From Alkanindiges sp. WGS2144 (GTDB lineage: Bacteria > Pseudomonadota > Gammaproteobacteria > Pseudomonadales > Moraxellaceae): a stretch of 32,000 nucleotides of DNA. A program made the position numbers and the translations under genes. The notes under the pieces were generated by a model. The model saw only the letters and a program-made list of their open reading frames with translations, was not told where the DNA came from and ran no database searches. Positions 29,011-32,000 of this stretch are shown piece by piece (the first letter of the stretch is position 1; every line of letters begins with the position of its first letter). The stretch is from assembly GCF_043950625.1 (NCBI RefSeq), contig NZ_CP171007.1; one strand, 5' to 3'.

Positions 29011-29041
29011 AGTGATGCCCTCTACCAAAGAGCATATCACC
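29011..29041 (-). promoter_or_regulatory. tRNA-Thr-like hairpin in the thrS leader, a candidate ThrRS operator
   Basis: The mRNA reads GGUGAUAUGCUCUUUGGUAGAGGGCAUCACU. A 7-bp stem AUGCUCU/AGGGCAU carries the 7-nt loop UUGGUAG. The hairpin ends 4 nt before the AAGGA SD (29002-29006). Confidence 0.45.
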
Positions 29042-29407
29042 GCGAGATGAAGGCATAAGAAGTCAATGTTTTATAATGTACGGCTGCTGGATCAATTGTC
29101 TCAACCCGGGAACTGATAAAACACACAATGGTAGGATTTTAACTTAATTATGGCTTAAAACAAAAGCCTTGCGCCGAATATGGGCGTGGAAGAAGTAAAG
29201 CCACCTCGCTCGAAACCATATCAGGGCAAAAGATAATTTCAGCGTCTGGTCACTTTGATGCACACTACTTGTTGCTCATACTCTGATCTGAGATTGAAAT
29301 CTTTTATTAATCTAAAAAAGCGATTCACATTATGAAAATAAACCGTTTTAACGATTTACGCAGACTATCTATACTGTTAGCAAGCAACAAATATAGAGGA
29401 ACTCAAC

Positions 29408-29563
29408 ATGAAAGATTTAATCTTAAAAGCACGAATTACCAGCGAATTAGAGCGAATGCAATTGCCTGAACAGTTGACTCAAAAGCTTAATGACCAGCAT
29501 AAGGCACAGGAAGTACAATTGATTGTAAACGCTTTAAACAGTCTTGACCAGCAATGGCACTAA
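29408..29563 (+). CDS. Possible small protein, 51 aa (MKDLILKARITSELERMQLPEQ...LDQQWH)
   Basis: It has an ATG start with a GAGGA SD 7 nt upstream. It is shorter than the ORF-track cutoff and I recognise no family. Confidence 0.35.
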   Translation: MKDLILKARITSELERMQLPEQLTQKLNDQHKAQEVQLIVNALNSLDQQWH

Positions 29564-29580
29564 TGAGTACCTGCAACTGT

Positions 29581-30747
29581 TCAGGCATCAAAAGTATTCC
29601 AGGCATGAAGTTGTGAGCCATCATAAATATATAGCTGACTAAACTGGCTAATGATGGCTTCGCTTTGGGTAGGACGTAAAAATACATAATCATCCGTGGC
29701 AATGCTACAGCTTTTGGGCACGTTGACCATTTCCTGATTACTGCTACGCCCGTACAGTAAATTGGTTTTTGCCCCAGTAGGATAGACGTAATCTGCTAAC
29801 CAGTTACCGCCATACACAAACAGCGCTTTTTGCCGGTACGGTAGTTGATCCAGCAGCTTATCCAGGCGGGACAAACCCGGTAGCTGGCTGTATGGCAGAA
29901 TTTTTAACACAGGCGCGGCAATAAACAAGGCAGGTTTCAGCTGATCTAAAGTTGTAATATCAAAATCGGTGGGTTTGAGCAGCATAGAGCCAAAGGCAAT
30001 ATCATTGCATACCGATTGATGGCAATGCAGGCTAAACGTAGGGCTACCCGAACCATTAAAACACAGTTGCCCATCATTAAACCATGCAAAATGCTGCTGG
30101 ATATAGTCAATAAACTGTTGATAACTGGCCTGTGATTGCTGATAGCTTTTTTCCAAAGACTGCAAGATCGCAGGAATTTTACTCACGTGGGCATCGTAGC
30201 CCATCAGGCCAGAAAACTTTAAACATTGCGGATGCTGGCTAATTAGTTGTAATAAGGGCTGTAGCTTTTCAGGTTGTTGCAGGCCACCCCGATGCAAGCC
30301 AATATCAATTTCAATATTAATCTGCAATCGGATCTGCTGCTGCATGGCCAGCTGTAAGTATTGCTGCAAGCGCTCCAGACTATCAACCAGCCACTGTATT
30401 GGAGTATTTTTATGTTGCGGATATTGCTGATAAAAATGCCGTACCGCGGCAATGGGCATAGGTTTGCCCAGTAATATATCAGCCTGTGGAAATTGCTGTA
30501 AAACCAGCGGCAAATGCGGTGCGTGAAACACCATAAAACGCTGGCAGTTCAGCTTGGCTGCAATATAGTTAATGAGCGGCATACTCTCTAAAGACTTGAC
30601 CACCAGACGCGGTTTTAAATGACCAAGCTGCTGCTGAGCATAGGCAATATTGGTATCCAGACTGGCCTGATCCACAACTAAAGCAGGAATGCCTTGCCCT
30701 TGATTTTTAAGCACTTCATTGAGCTGCTGGTAAAAGCTTGCTTGCAT
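29581..30747 (-). CDS. Fold-type III PLP enzyme (alanine racemase N-terminal domain; DSD1/D-threonine aldolase-like)
   Basis: 388 aa. The candidate PLP-lysine context is PRLVVKSLES. The overall length and layout fit the DSD1 family. Specificity is unknown. Confidence 0.6.
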   Translation of the reverse strand: MQASFYQQLNEVLKNQGQGIPALVVDQASLDTNIAYAQQQLGHLKPRLVVKSLESMPLINYIAAKLNCQRFMVFHAPHLPLVLQQFPQADILLGKPMPIAAVRHFYQQYPQHKNTPIQWLVDSLERLQQYLQLAMQQQIRLQINIEIDIGLHRGGLQQPEKLQPLLQLISQHPQCLKFSGLMGYDAHVSKIPAILQSLEKSYQQSQASYQQFIDYIQQHFAWFNDGQLCFNGSGSPTFSLHCHQSVCNDIAFGSMLLKPTDFDITTLDQLKPALFIAAPVLKILPYSQLPGLSRLDKLLDQLPYRQKALFVYGGNWLADYVYPTGAKTNLLYGRSSNQEMVNVPKSCSIATDDYVFLRPTQSEAIISQFSQLYIYDGSQLHAWNTFDA

Positions 30748-30785
30748 CTTGCTTTTCCCTTTAAGGTTACTGATCTAAAAGGTTA

Positions 30786-32000
30786 TCAGTCTAGAAACAA
30801 CTGCTGTAAATGCTGGTTTAGCCATTTTTGCTGTGGGTCGAGCTGCTCACGCAATTGCATAAAGTCATTCCAGCGCGGATAAAGTGCACGCAACTGCGGG
30901 GCGCTCATGTTGTGCATTTTACCCCAGTGCGGACGTCCCTGATATTTTTGAAAAACTGGTTCAACCAGCTTAAAAATTTGCTGGCAGTCCTGCTTATGGT
31001 ACTGGTGAATGGAAATAGACGCGCTGTCCCGCTGATAAAACGGACTCAGCCAGATATCATCCGCCTTCACATAGCGATACTCCAGCGGAAAAAACATGGG
31101 GGCTTTATGCTTGCGTAGCGTGTGTACCACTTCATTTAAGCACTCCAGACCCTGCTCTGCCGGAATCTGGTATTCCATTTCATTAAAACGGGTGTTGCGC
31201 GGCGTGGGGAAAATATTGCTTGACCAGTCGATACAAGTGGTTGGCTTTACAAATACACCGAGTAATTTTTGCAAATATGGATTGACTGCCGGAAGCGCAC
31301 GCACAAGCTCTGAGCATAAGGTTAATAGCGTGTCTTCGGATGGCCAGGGCGCTTTGCGTGGACTAACCAGGTCAGTACACAGGTCTAGCGTTTTCACCAT
31401 GGACTGCTCACCATGCACAAACACAAAACTTTCAATATGCCGGTGCTGGCTTTTCCAGTCCTGCATATTGGCCAGAATTTCATCTAGCGGCTTTAAATAT
31501 ACTTCTTCTTTGAGCTGATAACGCGGCATGTTTTGCATGGTGATTTTGGTCAAAACCCCGAAACTGCCCAGTGCAACCCGCCCAGCCGTAAAAATCTCGA
31601 TATTGTGCTTCCGGTCACACCATAAAATATCACCATTAGCGGTGACTAGCTCAAAGCCTTCTACCAAGCTAGACAAGCACGGCAACTGATAGCCGGTGCC
31701 ATGTGTCCCGGTAGATACAGCACCGGCCAGACTTTGCTGGTCAATATCACCCTGATTCATTAAAGCTTGATTAATAGGATTTAAAAACTGGCCTAAGTCT
31801 TTTAGGCGTGTACCAGCATACAAGGTGCTTTGGCATAATTCGTCGTCATGATTCACCAGACCAGTCAGGTTATCCAGTGAAATAAGGGTATCGTCTGTAC
31901 ACACCAGTGGGCTAAACGAATGCCCTGCACCTACCACCCGGCACTTTTGGCGCTGCTGTACTGTATGCGCCAGTTCCTCTACCGATGCTGGCTGTATAAA
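30786..32000 (-). CDS. FAD-linked oxidase of the D-arabinono-1,4-lactone/L-gulonolactone oxidase family (5' end outside the window)
   Basis: The reading frame stays open to the window edge (...VEELAHTVQQRQKCRVVGAGHSFS...). The FAD_binding_4 N-terminal domain and the C-terminal ALO block GRPHWGK are present. Confidence 0.75.
   Translation of the reverse strand, partial: FIQPASVEELAHTVQQRQKCRVVGAGHSFSPLVCTDDTLISLDNLTGLVNHDDELCQSTLYAGTRLKDLGQFLNPINQALMNQGDIDQQSLAGAVSTGTHGTGYQLPCLSSLVEGFELVTANGDILWCDRKHNIEIFTAGRVALGSFGVLTKITMQNMPRYQLKEEVYLKPLDEILANMQDWKSQHRHIESFVFVHGEQSMVKTLDLCTDLVSPRKAPWPSEDTLLTLCSELVRALPAVNPYLQKLLGVFVKPTTCIDWSSNIFPTPRNTRFNEMEYQIPAEQGLECLNEVVHTLRKHKAPMFFPLEYRYVKADDIWLSPFYQRDSASISIHQYHKQDCQQIFKLVEPVFQKYQGRPHWGKMHNMSAPQLRALYPRWNDFMQLREQLDPQQKWLNQHLQQLFLD

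Noticed and set aside
30828-31518. Plus-strand ORFs (96 and 140 aa) antisense to the FAD oxidase
   Set aside because: They are shadow ORFs opposite a gene with clear family motifs.

Overview
This window looks like ordinary chromosomal core genome from a Moraxellaceae or Acinetobacter-like gammaproteobacterium. That assignment is inferred from remembered protein similarity (Mdh, MinD, ThrS) and was not checked by any search. About 31 protein genes are packed on both strands. They are pssA, rlmJ, mdh, slt, the miaB-ybeZ-ybeY cluster, a TonB-like gene, xpt, wrbA, yihY, fumA (class I), yiaD-like and yihG-like genes, minCDE, infC, thrS, a DSD1-like PLP enzyme, a partial ALO-type FAD oxidase, and several uncharacterised genes. 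There is one mobile element: an 883-bp IS5/Harbinger-type IS (18471-19353) that cleanly splits a DUF2846-like lipoprotein gene. I saw no rRNA, CRISPR array, prophage, defence island, toxin-antitoxin pair, secretion system or biosynthetic cluster. I could not support a novel multi-gene system here. The items most worth a second look are single-locus oddities. (1) A tRNA-Thr-like hairpin sits next to the thrS Shine-Dalgarno and may be a ThrRS autoregulatory operator. (2) A tRNA-Met(CAU)-like element directly after ybeY has a canonical 3' two-thirds and a corrupted 5' third. (3) A protein has an S1-S4 voltage-sensor domain but no pore. (4) A secreted RNase I/T2 homologue has both catalytic histidines replaced. 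(5) infC uses an AUU start but is not followed by rpmI-rplT. All family assignments come from motif recognition and memory, not from searches.
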